In this document: piece by piece, positions 49,034 to 58,662 of the stretch
How positions within the stretch are numbered: the first letter of the stretch is position 1
Layout of the letters: the number at the start of each line of letters is the position of its first letter
Assembly (NCBI GenBank): GCA_964413015.1
Contig: CAYPQZ010000006.1
Location: 74,415 to 138,414, forward strand
Length of the DNA: 64,000 nucleotides
From: an uncultured Candidatus Saccharibacteria bacterium
GTDB taxonomy: Bacteria > Patescibacteriota > Minisyncoccia > Portnoybacterales > UBA2143
Direction: 5' to 3'
The notes under the pieces: model-generated
Seen by the model: the letters and a program-made list of their open reading frames with translations, nothing else
Database searches by the model: none
Told to the model about the DNA's origin: nothing
Made by a program: the position numbers and the translations under genes

Positions 49034-50299
49034 CTATTTGGGGACTGTTCCCAAAGTAACATAACCTTTATCTAAATTTTCCATCAGAGTTTTATCCAAC
49101 ATTTTTTCTCCCGCATATTCAATAAAAATTTTATTCCAAAGCGCTTCCGGCTGATGGTAAAGATACCTGTAATTAAAGTCCTTTTGATGAAGAAGTGAAA
49201 TCCCGTTATCAAATAAATCGAAACTGATTAAAGACTCTTGCCCGGAAGCATCAGAAAAATATTCGGCCAGAACATCTGAACCACGCCAAAAATCAAATCC
49301 CGAGTCAGGAAACTTTTGACTGAATTTATCAATACAGACAGCCGCTCTAGTATAATGCCAGGCCTCCGGACTGATATGGGGTTCGGCCAGCCTGGGATCG
49401 TCAGGATTCTTTTTGTCTAAATAGGCCGGCATCATCCGCCAACTCATTTTATTGCTATTAGGCAAGGGCATGTCGCTAACTTGGACTTTCAAAGCTTCGG
49501 TCATTTTATGAACAAAATCCCTTTCCTGGCTGTATTTTTCAAAAAGACGAGCGTGCCAGTCAACTTCGTAAGTATAGTGAAGTGTCATAAAAAAGTAATA
49601 TAGAGATTCATTAGGACGATCTTTAATCACCGGAATAATAAAAACAACGCCGACTTCCTTCAAATGGCTCATGTGATGGAATTTCTTTTCTAAAAATTCT
49701 TGCCCTTTGCCTGACCATCTTTTTGGCAAAACCATTATTCTAATCGGCCTTTTTTCAAAATCATCCTTTGTTAAATAAGTGTAGGCCTTAAAAAAAACCT
49801 TGTTCAGCCAATCGCCGTCTTCAACAAAACGCAAGGCGCAAAAAAGTTCAAAAACATCTTCTTTGTCTAGCATTTCATCAATCTTGTCTTCGTATCCCAG
49901 AATTCCCATAATTTTTTTAGGCGGGTTCAATCTGAACAATTCTTTAAGTTTCTCTTCTTTAATAAAAAAATCCGATAGATTACCAGTTAAATCTTTTATG
50001 GCGCTGATAAAATCCCGACAATCATCCGGATCGGAAAGATTAAACTGATTAAAATGGTTAAAAAGAAACTGGTTATTTTGCTTAGCTTTCTCAATTAAAG
50101 ATTGATAAATATCTTCAGCTTTTGAATTCCTGTCTAATCCTAAAATGGCCAATTTCTGGTCAATTTTAGAGTCATTCTCCTGAACAATTTTTTCAATTAT
50201 ATCCCTTTTGCCGAAAATTTCAGACATTTTATTTTCCAGATTCAAAATAACTTCTTCAGGAGCCCCCAATATTTTAGCTAATTTAGTAACTGGATTCAT
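49034..50299 (-). CDS. Hypothetical protein inside the sugar-phosphate operon
   Basis: About 420 aa; start 50299 overlaps the pfkB stop (ATGA-like ATAA overlap); His/Glu-rich motifs HHMSH.KE and LHY..EV..H. Confidence 0.8.
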   Translation of the reverse strand: MNPVTKLAKILGAPEEVILNLENKMSEIFGKRDIIEKIVQENDSKIDQKLAILGLDRNSKAEDIYQSLIEKAKQNNQFLFNHFNQFNLSDPDDCRDFISAIKDLTGNLSDFFIKEEKLKELFRLNPPKKIMGILGYEDKIDEMLDKEDVFELFCALRFVEDGDWLNKVFFKAYTYLTKDDFEKRPIRIMVLPKRWSGKGQEFLEKKFHHMSHLKEVGVVFIIPVIKDRPNESLYYFFMTLHYTYEVDWHARLFEKYSQERDFVHKMTEALKVQVSDMPLPNSNKMSWRMMPAYLDKKNPDDPRLAEPHISPEAWHYTRAAVCIDKFSQKFPDSGFDFWRGSDVLAEYFSDASGQESLISFDLFDNGISLLHQKDFNYRYLYHQPEALWNKIFIEYAGEKMLDKTLMENLDKGYVTLGTVPK

Positions 50300-51279
50300 A
50301 ATATTTCCACTTCCACCTTCTCCCATTCTCCCCATTCGCCTTTTTTAAGCAATCCGTTAGTCGCTCCCATTTTTTGTAAACAGGCAGTGGCATTAGCGGT
50401 GCCTAATTGGATAGCATGAGTAATATCGCCTTTGTCAATATATCCGGAGACAAAAGCGGCGCCGAAAGAATCACCGGCGCCAGTCCGATCGACCAGACCG
50501 GATTCCGGAATCCCGGCCGAATATAAGTTTTTACCGTCCGAAACGGTCACTCCGAGAGGGCCTTTATTCATAACCACAATTCCCTCAACCCATTCATCTA
50601 ATTTCTGAAAAATTTCTTTTTCTTTTTTAAAATCAATTCCAGTTAATTTAGACGATTCTTCCTGGTTAAGGATTAAAATATCAAGCTTATTAAGCACCGA
50701 CTTAAGGATTTCAGTATGCTCCGGCGTTTTAACGCTTCCTGCTGGATTAGAGGCTATTTTAATCCCGTTTTTCTTGCCAAAATCAACTAAAGGAACTAAC
50801 ATTTGATGGCTTTTATTAGATAAGGAAGAAACATAAAACCAGTCAGCTTTAAGTTCATCAAAAGGGATATCTTTCTCGGTTAATTCATGGCAAGCTCCAT
50901 ATTTTTCCAAGATGCTCCGGCCTTGGTCAGGCGCTGAGAGAATTACTGAAAAAGCGGTCGGAAACTTGTCTGATTCGACTAACAAATCAAGGCAAACTTG
51001 GTGTTGTCCCAATTCTTTTTTTACTTCCTGACCAAAAACATCCCGGCCAATCATGCCGTAATAGGCAGTTTTTAATCCCTGCTCGGCAAAACTGACCGCG
51101 CTGTTGGTCCCGCAGCCTCCCATAGTAAAAAGCACATCATCCATGTGCATTTTTGAGCCTAAAGGGATACAAAGTCCTTTCTTAGTGAAAAATTTTTCAT
51201 CCTCAACTATTTCTAACTTCCGGCTGCTCATGAAAATATCCAGAGTTGCCGAACCGAAAGTGATGATGTCGTAATTCAT
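50296..51279 (-). CDS. PfkB/ribokinase-family carbohydrate kinase
   Basis: GG.GTN.A, N..E, DRTGAGDSFG. Confidence 0.93.
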   Translation of the reverse strand: MNYDIITFGSATLDIFMSSRKLEIVEDEKFFTKKGLCIPLGSKMHMDDVLFTMGGCGTNSAVSFAEQGLKTAYYGMIGRDVFGQEVKKELGQHQVCLDLLVESDKFPTAFSVILSAPDQGRSILEKYGACHELTEKDIPFDELKADWFYVSSLSNKSHQMLVPLVDFGKKNGIKIASNPAGSVKTPEHTEILKSVLNKLDILILNQEESSKLTGIDFKKEKEIFQKLDEWVEGIVVMNKGPLGVTVSDGKNLYSAGIPESGLVDRTGAGDSFGAAFVSGYIDKGDITHAIQLGTANATACLQKMGATNGLLKKGEWGEWEKVEVEIL

Positions 51280-51295
51280 AGCTTACACGAATCTT

Positions 51296-51342
51296 AAAAA
51301 TTTAAGGATTGTTATTAAAAACCATTAAGGGACTGTCCTTTA
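51296..51342 (+). repeat. Family A minimal fragment
   Basis: AAAAATTTAAGGATTGTTATTAAAAACCATTAAGGGACTGTCCTTTA. Confidence 0.85.
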
Positions 51343-52311
51343 TCATTTCCTCTTGATGACTTTTAGAACTGCTTCTTTAATATCTTTTGCCACTAAACCG
51401 AATTCTTTCATTAGCTCATCCGGCTCGCCGGATTCGCCAAAGCGGTTCTGAATGCCAATCATTTCAATAGGCACCGGTTCATTTTTAGCTAAAACTTCCG
51501 CTACTGCGCTGCCTAAGCCACCCATTACCTGATGGTCTTCGCCAGTGACAATTGCTCCGGTCTGTTCAGCCGCTTTAATAATTTCCTCTTCGTCAATCGG
51601 CTTAATCGTATGATTGTTAATCACCCGCACATCAATTCCTTGTTTAGACAAACTCTCAGCGGCTAACAAAGCTTCATAGACAATCGGTCCACAGGCAATT
51701 ATGCTGACATCTCGCCCTTTTCGTAAAACTTCTGCCTGCCCGATTTTAAAAGGTGTCTTAGAAGTAGTAAAAATAGGCGTGGCTTCCCTAGCAAATCTTA
51801 AATAAACCGGTCCCTCTATTTTGCCTGCGGCCACAGTTGCTTTCTGCGTTTCAACAGCATCACAGGGAGCCAATACAGTCATATTCGGCAAACAGCGAGT
51901 AATCGCTATATCCTCTAATCCCTGATGAGTGGCTCCATCTGCGCCAACTGAAACCCCGGCATGGGCGCCGGTCATTTTCACATTGACGTTGTTATAGGCA
52001 ACAGATATTCTGATTTGGTCCCAGTTGCGTCCGGGGCAAAAAACGGAATAAGTTGAAACAAAAGGAATTTTGCCGGTGAGCGCTAATCCGGCCGCTACGC
52101 CAATCATATTTTGCTCGGCAATCCCACATTGAACAAATCTTTCCGGGAATTCATCACGGAACCAGTTACAGCGGGTTGAACCAGTTAAATCAGCTCCTAA
52201 AACAATTATGTTTTTATTCTCTTTAGCCAGTTCAACCAACCCTAAACCATAGCCGTCACGAGTCGGCTTTTTTTCTAACTTGCTTTTATTGTATAAATTT
52301 TTTGCTAGCAT
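51343..52311 (-). CDS. Transketolase, C-terminal subunit
   Basis: GIAEQNM, DGATHQ, GPVYLR, GGLGSAV. Confidence 0.95.
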   Translation of the reverse strand: MLAKNLYNKSKLEKKPTRDGYGLGLVELAKENKNIIVLGADLTGSTRCNWFRDEFPERFVQCGIAEQNMIGVAAGLALTGKIPFVSTYSVFCPGRNWDQIRISVAYNNVNVKMTGAHAGVSVGADGATHQGLEDIAITRCLPNMTVLAPCDAVETQKATVAAGKIEGPVYLRFAREATPIFTTSKTPFKIGQAEVLRKGRDVSIIACGPIVYEALLAAESLSKQGIDVRVINNHTIKPIDEEEIIKAAEQTGAIVTGEDHQVMGGLGSAVAEVLAKNEPVPIEMIGIQNRFGESGEPDELMKEFGLVAKDIKEAVLKVIKRK

Positions 52312-52334
52312 GTTTTAAAATGATATCTTTTAAC

Positions 52335-52503
52335 GATAAGGACATTCCTTAAAATGATGTCCCTTGAGCACAAGGGCGTCATTTTAAAGACTGTTCTTAT
52401 CAGTTTGTCTTATCTGTTTCCCCTTGTCAAAATTTAAGGAGTCGTCCTTTCCCTCCGGAGGCAGACATATGACAATCCTTAAATTTTTCAAAACTGTCCT
52501 TTA
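52335..52503 (+). repeat. Family A element between the two transketolase genes
   Basis: GATAAGGACATTCCTTAAAATGATGTCCCTTGAGCACAAGGGCGTCATTTTAAAGACTG...TGACAATCCTTAAATTTTT. Confidence 0.93.
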
Positions 52504-52518
52504 ACTCAAAAAGCAAAA

Positions 52519-53367
52519 TCACTCGCTTTCGCTTTCAATCCGTCCACCCAATGTTCTTAATTCACTTAAGGCCTCCTGGGCCTGCTTTTTGTCAGGCACC
52601 TTGCCATGCCAGGAATACTGCCATTTAATGAAATCAACTCCCTTGCCGGGTATAGTATGGGCAATAATTAAACTTGGTTTTTCAAAAATCGCTTTTGACT
52701 TATGACAGGCATCAATAATCTCTTCTATATTGTGTCCGTCCACATCCATAACGTGCCAGCCAAAAGCTTCGTATTTTTCCTTTAATGGCTCCAAAGGCAT
52801 AACATCTTCGGTATAACCGTCAATCTGAATATTGTTTCGGTCCATAATCTGAGTGATGTTAAAAAGTTTGTATTTACCGGCAAACATAGCTGCCTCCCAC
52901 ATTGAACCCTCGTCATGCTCTCCATCTGAAGTCAAGGCCCAAACCCAATTATCTTTCTTATCAAGTTTAGCAAAGTTATAGGCCATACCGCAGGCAATTT
53001 GCAATCCCTGGGCCAAGGAGCCTCCGGAAGTTTCTATACCGGGCACGCCCTGCCGACAAGGATGGCCCTGCAGAATGCTGCCCAGTTTGCGCAGGGTTTT
53101 AAGCTCTTTTTTATCAAAATAACCAGCATGTGCCAGAACAGCATACCAAACTGGACAAATATGGGCATTAGAAATCACCACGTAATCACGCTCCGACCAA
53201 TTCGGTTTTTTAGAATTGTATTTAATTACTCCTCCGAAATACAAGGCAGTCAGAACATCAGCCATGCCTAAAGAGCCGGCTGAATGACCCGACTTGGCTT
53301 CAGTCAGCATATCAATCAAATCTTTTCTAATATCGTTGGCTTTTTTTTCTAATTCTTTAGTATCCAT
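52519..53367 (-). CDS. Transketolase, N-terminal (TPP-binding) subunit
   Basis: SGHSAGSL, LQGHP, SDGEHDEG..WE, DGHN, PGKGV..WHG. Confidence 0.95.
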   Translation of the reverse strand: MDTKELEKKANDIRKDLIDMLTEAKSGHSAGSLGMADVLTALYFGGVIKYNSKKPNWSERDYVVISNAHICPVWYAVLAHAGYFDKKELKTLRKLGSILQGHPCRQGVPGIETSGGSLAQGLQIACGMAYNFAKLDKKDNWVWALTSDGEHDEGSMWEAAMFAGKYKLFNITQIMDRNNIQIDGYTEDVMPLEPLKEKYEAFGWHVMDVDGHNIEEIIDACHKSKAIFEKPSLIIAHTIPGKGVDFIKWQYSWHGKVPDKKQAQEALSELRTLGGRIESESE

Positions 53368-53417
53368 ATATTAAAATGGCTAAATCGTCAAAAGTTGTTT
53401 TCTTGATATTTTTTTGT

Positions 53418-54050
53418 TTAATGACATATTTTTAAATCTTCAATTGCTTTTCTAGGATTGTCGCTTTTAAAAATTGCGCTGCCGCTAGCTAAAAGATTGG
53501 CCCCGGCCCGGATAACCAACGGAGCGGTTTTTGGGTTTATGCCCCCATCCACTTCTATATTAACATCTTTATACTTCTTTCGCAATTGCTTAATTTTCCC
53601 CAGAGTTTCTTCTATCAAATCTTGGCCTCCCTGGCCGGGATTGACTGTCATAACTAAAACCAAATCAAGGTCTTGGATAAAGTTATCCACTGTTTCTATC
53701 GGCGTTTCTGGACTAATCGCCAAGCCGAATTCCAGGCCGGCTTGTTTAATCTTTTTTATTATTTCTTTGTGCTGGTTCGTTGATTCATAATGGATAATAA
53801 TTCGCTCAACTCCAGAATCAATCCACTGGTCAACTTCTTCTTCAGGATTCCGGACCATTAAATGAACCTCTATATTCAAATCGGTTTCCAAATCTTTTAA
53901 CTCAATCGGATCGCCCCAAGTTTGATTATTTACAAAATGACCGTCCATTACGTCTAACTGTACCCAATCAACATATGGCTCTACTTTCTTTATTCTGGAC
54001 TTCAACTCCTCAAAGCTTTCAACCATGATAACAGGGATAATCTGAATCAT
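53418..54050 (-). CDS. rpe: Ribulose-phosphate 3-epimerase
   Basis: DVMDGHFV, HLMV, MTVNPG.GGQ, EVDGGIN. Confidence 0.95.
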   Translation of the reverse strand: MIQIIPVIMVESFEELKSRIKKVEPYVDWVQLDVMDGHFVNNQTWGDPIELKDLETDLNIEVHLMVRNPEEEVDQWIDSGVERIIIHYESTNQHKEIIKKIKQAGLEFGLAISPETPIETVDNFIQDLDLVLVMTVNPGQGGQDLIEETLGKIKQLRKKYKDVNIEVDGGINPKTAPLVIRAGANLLASGSAIFKSDNPRKAIEDLKICH

Positions 54051-54484
54051 TGTTCCATTTCCTCTATTTTATTTAATCTTCTAACATGTCTTTCATCGCC
54101 GCTAAATTCTGTTTTTATCCAGATCCGGACAATTTTCTTGGCAGTCTCTGAATCCACTATTTTACTCCCCAGACAAAGTACATTGGCATTATTATGTTCC
54201 CTTGACTGTAAAGCGGTAAAATCATCCCAGCAAACGGCTGCCCGGACTCCTTTCATTTTATTAGCCGCCATGGCCATGCCAAATCCAGTAGCGCAAATTA
54301 AAATCCCTTGCCCGTTATTTTCAACTGTTTTTTCAGCTACTGCTGAAGCAAAATCAGGATAGTCATCCTCCAATTCCAACTTTTTATTCCCTAAATCTTC
54401 ATATTCATGCCCTAATTCCTCAAGATATTTCTTGAGTTCTTCCTTTAGATTAAAACCGGCATGGTCAGCGCCTAAATAAATCAT
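54047..54484 (-). CDS. rpiB: Ribose-5-phosphate isomerase B
   Basis: GADHAGF, DYPD, ICATG.G, SREHNNAN, RHVRR. Confidence 0.96.
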   Translation of the reverse strand: MIYLGADHAGFNLKEELKKYLEELGHEYEDLGNKKLELEDDYPDFASAVAEKTVENNGQGILICATGFGMAMAANKMKGVRAAVCWDDFTALQSREHNNANVLCLGSKIVDSETAKKIVRIWIKTEFSGDERHVRRLNKIEEMEQ

Positions 54485-54485
54485 A

Positions 54486-54621
54486 CCCCGTAGAAGAATT
54501 TTGAATTCTAATCAATTTTATCGATTAGCAATCTAAAAAATTTTCACTTAATTATTTATAGAACGCCCCGTTTTATTAAATTAAATCAAAGATTTAATTG
54601 TTTCAAAATTTCTCTACGGGG
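54486..54621 (-). mobile_element. Family B MITE-like element with TCATA target duplication between gap and rpiB
   Basis: TCATA|CCCCGTAGAAGAATTTTGAA...TTCAAAATTTCTCTACGGGG|TCATA. Confidence 0.87.
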
Positions 54622-55602
54622 TCATAGTTTTTTCCCAATAAACTCTGCAAATTCAGCCAAGCGGCAGGCGTATCCATATTCATTATCATACCAGGCCAAA
54701 ACCTTAACCAATTTTTTCTCTTGAACCATGGTTGAAGCCGCATCAACAATTGCGGAGAAAGAACTCCCTTTGTAATCAACCGAAACTAATGGACTTTCTT
54801 CAACTCTTAAAATCCCTTTTAAATTATCCTGTTCTGAGGCCTTTTTAAAAGCAATGTTAATTCCTTCAACATCCGTTTCTTTTTTAACTTTAGCTACAAA
54901 ATCAACCAACGAAACAACCGGGGTAGGAACCCTTATGGCCAAACCGTGAATTTTGCCTTTTAGTTCAGGGATTGTTTTTATTACAGCAATTGCTGCTCCA
55001 GTAGTCGTCGGGACCATTGACAGGGCCGCTGAACGAGCCCGGCGCAAATCCTTTCGATGAGGAGAATCCAAAAGCTTCTGGTCATTGGTATAACTATGGA
55101 TCGCAGTCATTAAACCGGACTCTATCTCGAATTCCTGATGAAGAATATTGGCTATAGGAGCCAGACAATTAGTCGTACATGACGCCATAGAGACAATATT
55201 ATCTTTTTCAGGGTTATAATTTTCTTGGTTAACGCCTAAAACAAAATGAGGCATAGCCTCACTTTTAGAAGGAGCTGAAATAATAACTTTTTTAGCTCCA
55301 GCTGATAAATGTTTTTGGGCATCTTCTATTTTGGTAAACAGGCCGGTGCATTCCAGGACCACATCCACTTCCATTTTCCCCCACGGCAGCTTAGCCGGAT
55401 CTTTTTCAGCTAAAACTTTATCTTCCGGTAAAGGATTCTCATATTTTCCGTAAACCGAATCATATTTTAATAGATGAGCCAAAGTTTTGGCGTCGGTTAA
55501 ATCATTAATCGCGACTATCTCTAAATTCGGATGTTTGTCCAGAATCCTACGAAAAACTGGCCGGCCAATTCGGCCAAACCCATTAATTGCGATTTTAATC
55601 AT
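54622..55602 (-). CDS. gap: Glyceraldehyde-3-phosphate dehydrogenase (type I)
   Basis: INGFGRIGR, ASCTTNCL, WYDNEYGY. Confidence 0.98.
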   Translation of the reverse strand: MIKIAINGFGRIGRPVFRRILDKHPNLEIVAINDLTDAKTLAHLLKYDSVYGKYENPLPEDKVLAEKDPAKLPWGKMEVDVVLECTGLFTKIEDAQKHLSAGAKKVIISAPSKSEAMPHFVLGVNQENYNPEKDNIVSMASCTTNCLAPIANILHQEFEIESGLMTAIHSYTNDQKLLDSPHRKDLRRARSAALSMVPTTTGAAIAVIKTIPELKGKIHGLAIRVPTPVVSLVDFVAKVKKETDVEGINIAFKKASEQDNLKGILRVEESPLVSVDYKGSSFSAIVDAASTMVQEKKLVKVLAWYDNEYGYACRLAEFAEFIGKKL

Positions 55603-55605
55603 AAA

Positions 55606-55644
55606 TTTCTACGAATTACGAATTTATTACGAATATACGAATTT
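55606..55644. repeat. Family C 39-bp element (copy 2, gap leader)
   Basis: Identical to 31247-31285. Confidence 0.9.
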
Positions 55645-55721
55645 TATTTTAATATATTCGCAACCCATTTATATTTCATAGCCATTTTGGTATATCCGCA
55701 AGTCATTCGTATTCCCTAGTT

Positions 55722-55982
55722 TTATTCTTTAATATTTAAAAGTTGACAGATTCTTGCCCGGTCAAAACCAACAATAATTTCTCCGTTTATTTCAATAACC
55801 GGAACGCCCATCTGGCCGGACCGCTGGACCATTTCTTCACCCGCCCTGATGTCCTCGGCTACATTAATATCCTCATACTGTAAACCGTGTTCATCTAGGA
55901 AGGCCTTTAAAGTATAGCAATAAGCGCAGGAGGGCGCTGAAAAGACACGGATATAGTGATTTGTTTTTCCTTCTTGAGCCAT
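55722..55982 (-). CDS. Glutaredoxin-like (NrdH/YruB) protein
   Basis: CAYC, SGQMGVPVI, IVGFD. Confidence 0.92.
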   Translation of the reverse strand: MAQEGKTNHYIRVFSAPSCAYCYTLKAFLDEHGLQYEDINVAEDIRAGEEMVQRSGQMGVPVIEINGEIIVGFDRARICQLLNIKE

Positions 55983-55988
55983 TCTTAA

Positions 55989-56897
55989 TTAAGATAAATA
56001 TTCAGAAGCGCTTATAGCCGCTTTAGCTCCTTCGCCGGCTGCAATAATAATTTGTTTATGGAAAACATCGGTGACATCACCGGCTGCGAAAATTCCCGGA
56101 CAGGAAGTCATGTTTCTAAAATCTGTTTTAATTTCTCCTTCTTTATTTAATTCTACCACACTTTTAACAAAATTAGAAATAGGGACTGAGCCGATTTCTA
56201 TATAAACTCCTTCAACGGACATTTTTTTCTCTTCTTGAGAAATCTTATCACGATAGACTAAGCCGGTTACAAACTTATTCCCCTGAATTTTTTCAACCTG
56301 AACATTAAATAATATTTTAATATTTGAAGCGGCTTTAATTTTTTCCTGTTCAACTTTATCAATCCTTAGTTTTGGATTCAAAGCCAAAAGATAAATTTCC
56401 GAAGCGTATTCAGAAGTTTCCAAAGCTGCTTCAGCTGCGGCGTTGCCGCCGCCAATTACAGCTACTTTTTTATTAGCAAAAAGAGGCGCGTCGCAGGTAG
56501 CACAAAAGCTGACCCCTTTGCCAATAAACTCTTCTTCACCCGGCACACCCAATTTTTTGGGGCCCTTGCCGCTGGCAATAATTAAAGATTTTCCCTGATG
56601 CTTGTCCCCGTTAACAGATATAACCTCAAATTCTAAGCCTGCCTTTTTAACTTCCTTGATTTCTTGGTTCTCTTTAATCTCTAAATCAAATTTTTTCAGG
56701 TGGGTAATAAATTTATGGACTAATTCCGCGCCCGAGATAGAATTAAAACCCAAATAATTTTCTATTCGGGCCGCTTCGTTCATCTGGCCTCCCCATTCCT
56801 TGACCAGTAAAAGGAGATTTAATTTTTTTCGGGCTGCGTAGATGCCGGCGCTTAAAGCCGCCGGTCCGCCGCCGATAATGATAATATCGTAAATCAC
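55989..56897 (-). CDS. trxB: Thioredoxin-disulfide reductase
   Basis: GGGPA, CATCD, GGGNAA, GIFAAGD. Confidence 0.9.
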   Translation of the reverse strand: MIYDIIIIGGGPAALSAGIYAARKKLNLLLLVKEWGGQMNEAARIENYLGFNSISGAELVHKFITHLKKFDLEIKENQEIKEVKKAGLEFEVISVNGDKHQGKSLIIASGKGPKKLGVPGEEEFIGKGVSFCATCDAPLFANKKVAVIGGGNAAAEAALETSEYASEIYLLALNPKLRIDKVEQEKIKAASNIKILFNVQVEKIQGNKFVTGLVYRDKISQEEKKMSVEGVYIEIGSVPISNFVKSVVELNKEGEIKTDFRNMTSCPGIFAAGDVTDVFHKQIIIAAGEGAKAAISASEYLS

Positions 56898-58246
56898 TTT
56901 TCTAATTTTAACAGGGCGTCTTGGGCCGCCGCGATTAAGGGATAAACCGTCGGGGCTGAAGTCAGCAACGGATGACTGGCTATCTGCCAGGTATTAAAAT
57001 CATAAAGTGTCGCCTGGTGCTGAATTGCCATGGCTACTGCATTAATCATTTCACCAACGCTAACTGGCCCCATAATTTCTCCTCCAAGCAGCAATCCTTC
57101 TGAAGATTTGGAAAAAATTAATTTAACCCCTATTAACTCAGCGCCGGGCAATTTTCCAGGATGACGATTGAGCGCTTTGGCTTCGCCAATCACATATTCA
57201 AACTTCTCTTCTTTAGCTCTAGTTTCAGTTAAGCCGGCAGCCGCCAAAGTTAAGCCGTTAAGATAGGTTGAAAAAACTCCCAAAGTTCCTTTGTTTTCCC
57301 GAATTAATTTTATATGGTACAAGTTGCTGGCGGCAATTCTGGCTTCACTGGCCGCCACCGAAGCCAGCATGACTGGAATATTCTTGCCAGTTATGAAATC
57401 CCTGGTTTGAGCGCAATCGCCGATAGCCAGAATATCCGGCTGACTGGTTTTCATATATTCATCAACCCAAATGCCTCCTTTTTCTTCAACTTTTATTCCG
57501 GCTTCTTGGGCTAGCTTAATATTCGGCCGGGCGCCAATTGATAAAATTACTAAATCAGCCGGGATTTTCTTGCCGTCAGCCAATTCTAAATATTCTACTT
57601 TGTCCTGTCCGCTAACTTCTTTTATTTTTACGCCGGCATATATATCAATGCTTTTGTCTTTTAGCCTTTCTTCGGCTGCCTTTGCGAATTCCTCGTCAAA
57701 ATTAGTCAGCAGACAATGTTCCATCATTTCAAAAATACTAACTTTCAAGTTTTTTAGGCTGCTCAATTCTTCGGCCAATTCCACCCCGATAAAACCGCCA
57801 CCGATAATAGCAATGTTTTTTGCATTTTTAGCCGCTTCTCTTAATTTCTCTAAATACTCGTGATCCTTTTTTACCTGCCAAACGCCCGACTTATCTAATC
57901 CGGGGATAGGGACTAAATGCGATTCAGAGCCCAAGGCCAAAACCAGTTTATCATATTGGTAAACATTTTTATCTTTCAGAATGACCGTTTTCTTTTCCGA
58001 ATCAAGCTTAATCGCTTCGCCCGTAATTAAATCAACCTGATTGTCAATCAAGGACTGGCTGGACATTATATTATCCTCAACTGAATTTAACCGGTCAAAA
58101 ATATATGGGATGCCGCAGGGAATTACCTCTTTCTCTTCTTTCCTAACTAAACTGACCTTTTTGTCAGGATAATTTTTTCTGGTTGTCACAGCAGCCACTA
58201 TACCGGCTGGCCCGCCGCCAATAATTAAAATATCTGTTTTATTCAT
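56894..58246 (-). CDS. NADH oxidase / CoA-disulfide reductase-like flavoprotein
   Basis: GGGPAG, single redox Cys in PCGIPY, GGGFIGVE, AIGDCA; start reset to 58246. Confidence 0.85.
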   Translation of the reverse strand: MNKTDILIIGGGPAGIVAAVTTRKNYPDKKVSLVRKEEKEVIPCGIPYIFDRLNSVEDNIMSSQSLIDNQVDLITGEAIKLDSEKKTVILKDKNVYQYDKLVLALGSESHLVPIPGLDKSGVWQVKKDHEYLEKLREAAKNAKNIAIIGGGFIGVELAEELSSLKNLKVSIFEMMEHCLLTNFDEEFAKAAEERLKDKSIDIYAGVKIKEVSGQDKVEYLELADGKKIPADLVILSIGARPNIKLAQEAGIKVEEKGGIWVDEYMKTSQPDILAIGDCAQTRDFITGKNIPVMLASVAASEARIAASNLYHIKLIRENKGTLGVFSTYLNGLTLAAAGLTETRAKEEKFEYVIGEAKALNRHPGKLPGAELIGVKLIFSKSSEGLLLGGEIMGPVSVGEMINAVAMAIQHQATLYDFNTWQIASHPLLTSAPTVYPLIAAAQDALLKLEK

Positions 58247-58319
58247 ATAGCTATATATTATCACAAAAATTTAAAAAAACAAAAAATCCTGACTGTTATT
58301 ATTTTTTTAAATCTTACAA

Positions 58320-58628
58320 TCAGGATTCTTTTAACCGCTGGGTTAATTCTTCTTCGGTTTTGTTGTTTATTTTCGCTAATTTGACATCGCGCTTATCTTT
58401 CCCTTTTTCTATTTCTATATACAAGAGACCATGCAGTTTTTTATAACTGGCTTCTGGCAAAAAGCCTATTATTTTGCCTTTGTTTTCAAGCTTTCGGAGA
58501 AGACGCTTAATTTTCTCTTCCGTAATTATTTTTTTTACAGGAAGAAATTCTGTTTCTGACCCAAAAAATTCTTCTATTGCTTTCACAATTATTTTTTTAT
58601 CCTGATCTTTCAGCAAACCGTTGCCCAC
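58320..58628 (-). CDS. Hypothetical protein
   Basis: 102-aa K/E-rich ORF, GTG start with GGGGTG Shine-Dalgarno-like sequence. Confidence 0.5.
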   Translation of the reverse strand: MGNGLLKDQDKKIIVKAIEEFFGSETEFLPVKKIITEEKIKRLLRKLENKGKIIGFLPEASYKKLHGLLYIEIEKGKDKRDVKLAKINNKTEEELTQRLKES

Positions 58629-58662
58629 AATGCATCACCCCCTTTATTGTTATATAAAAGGA

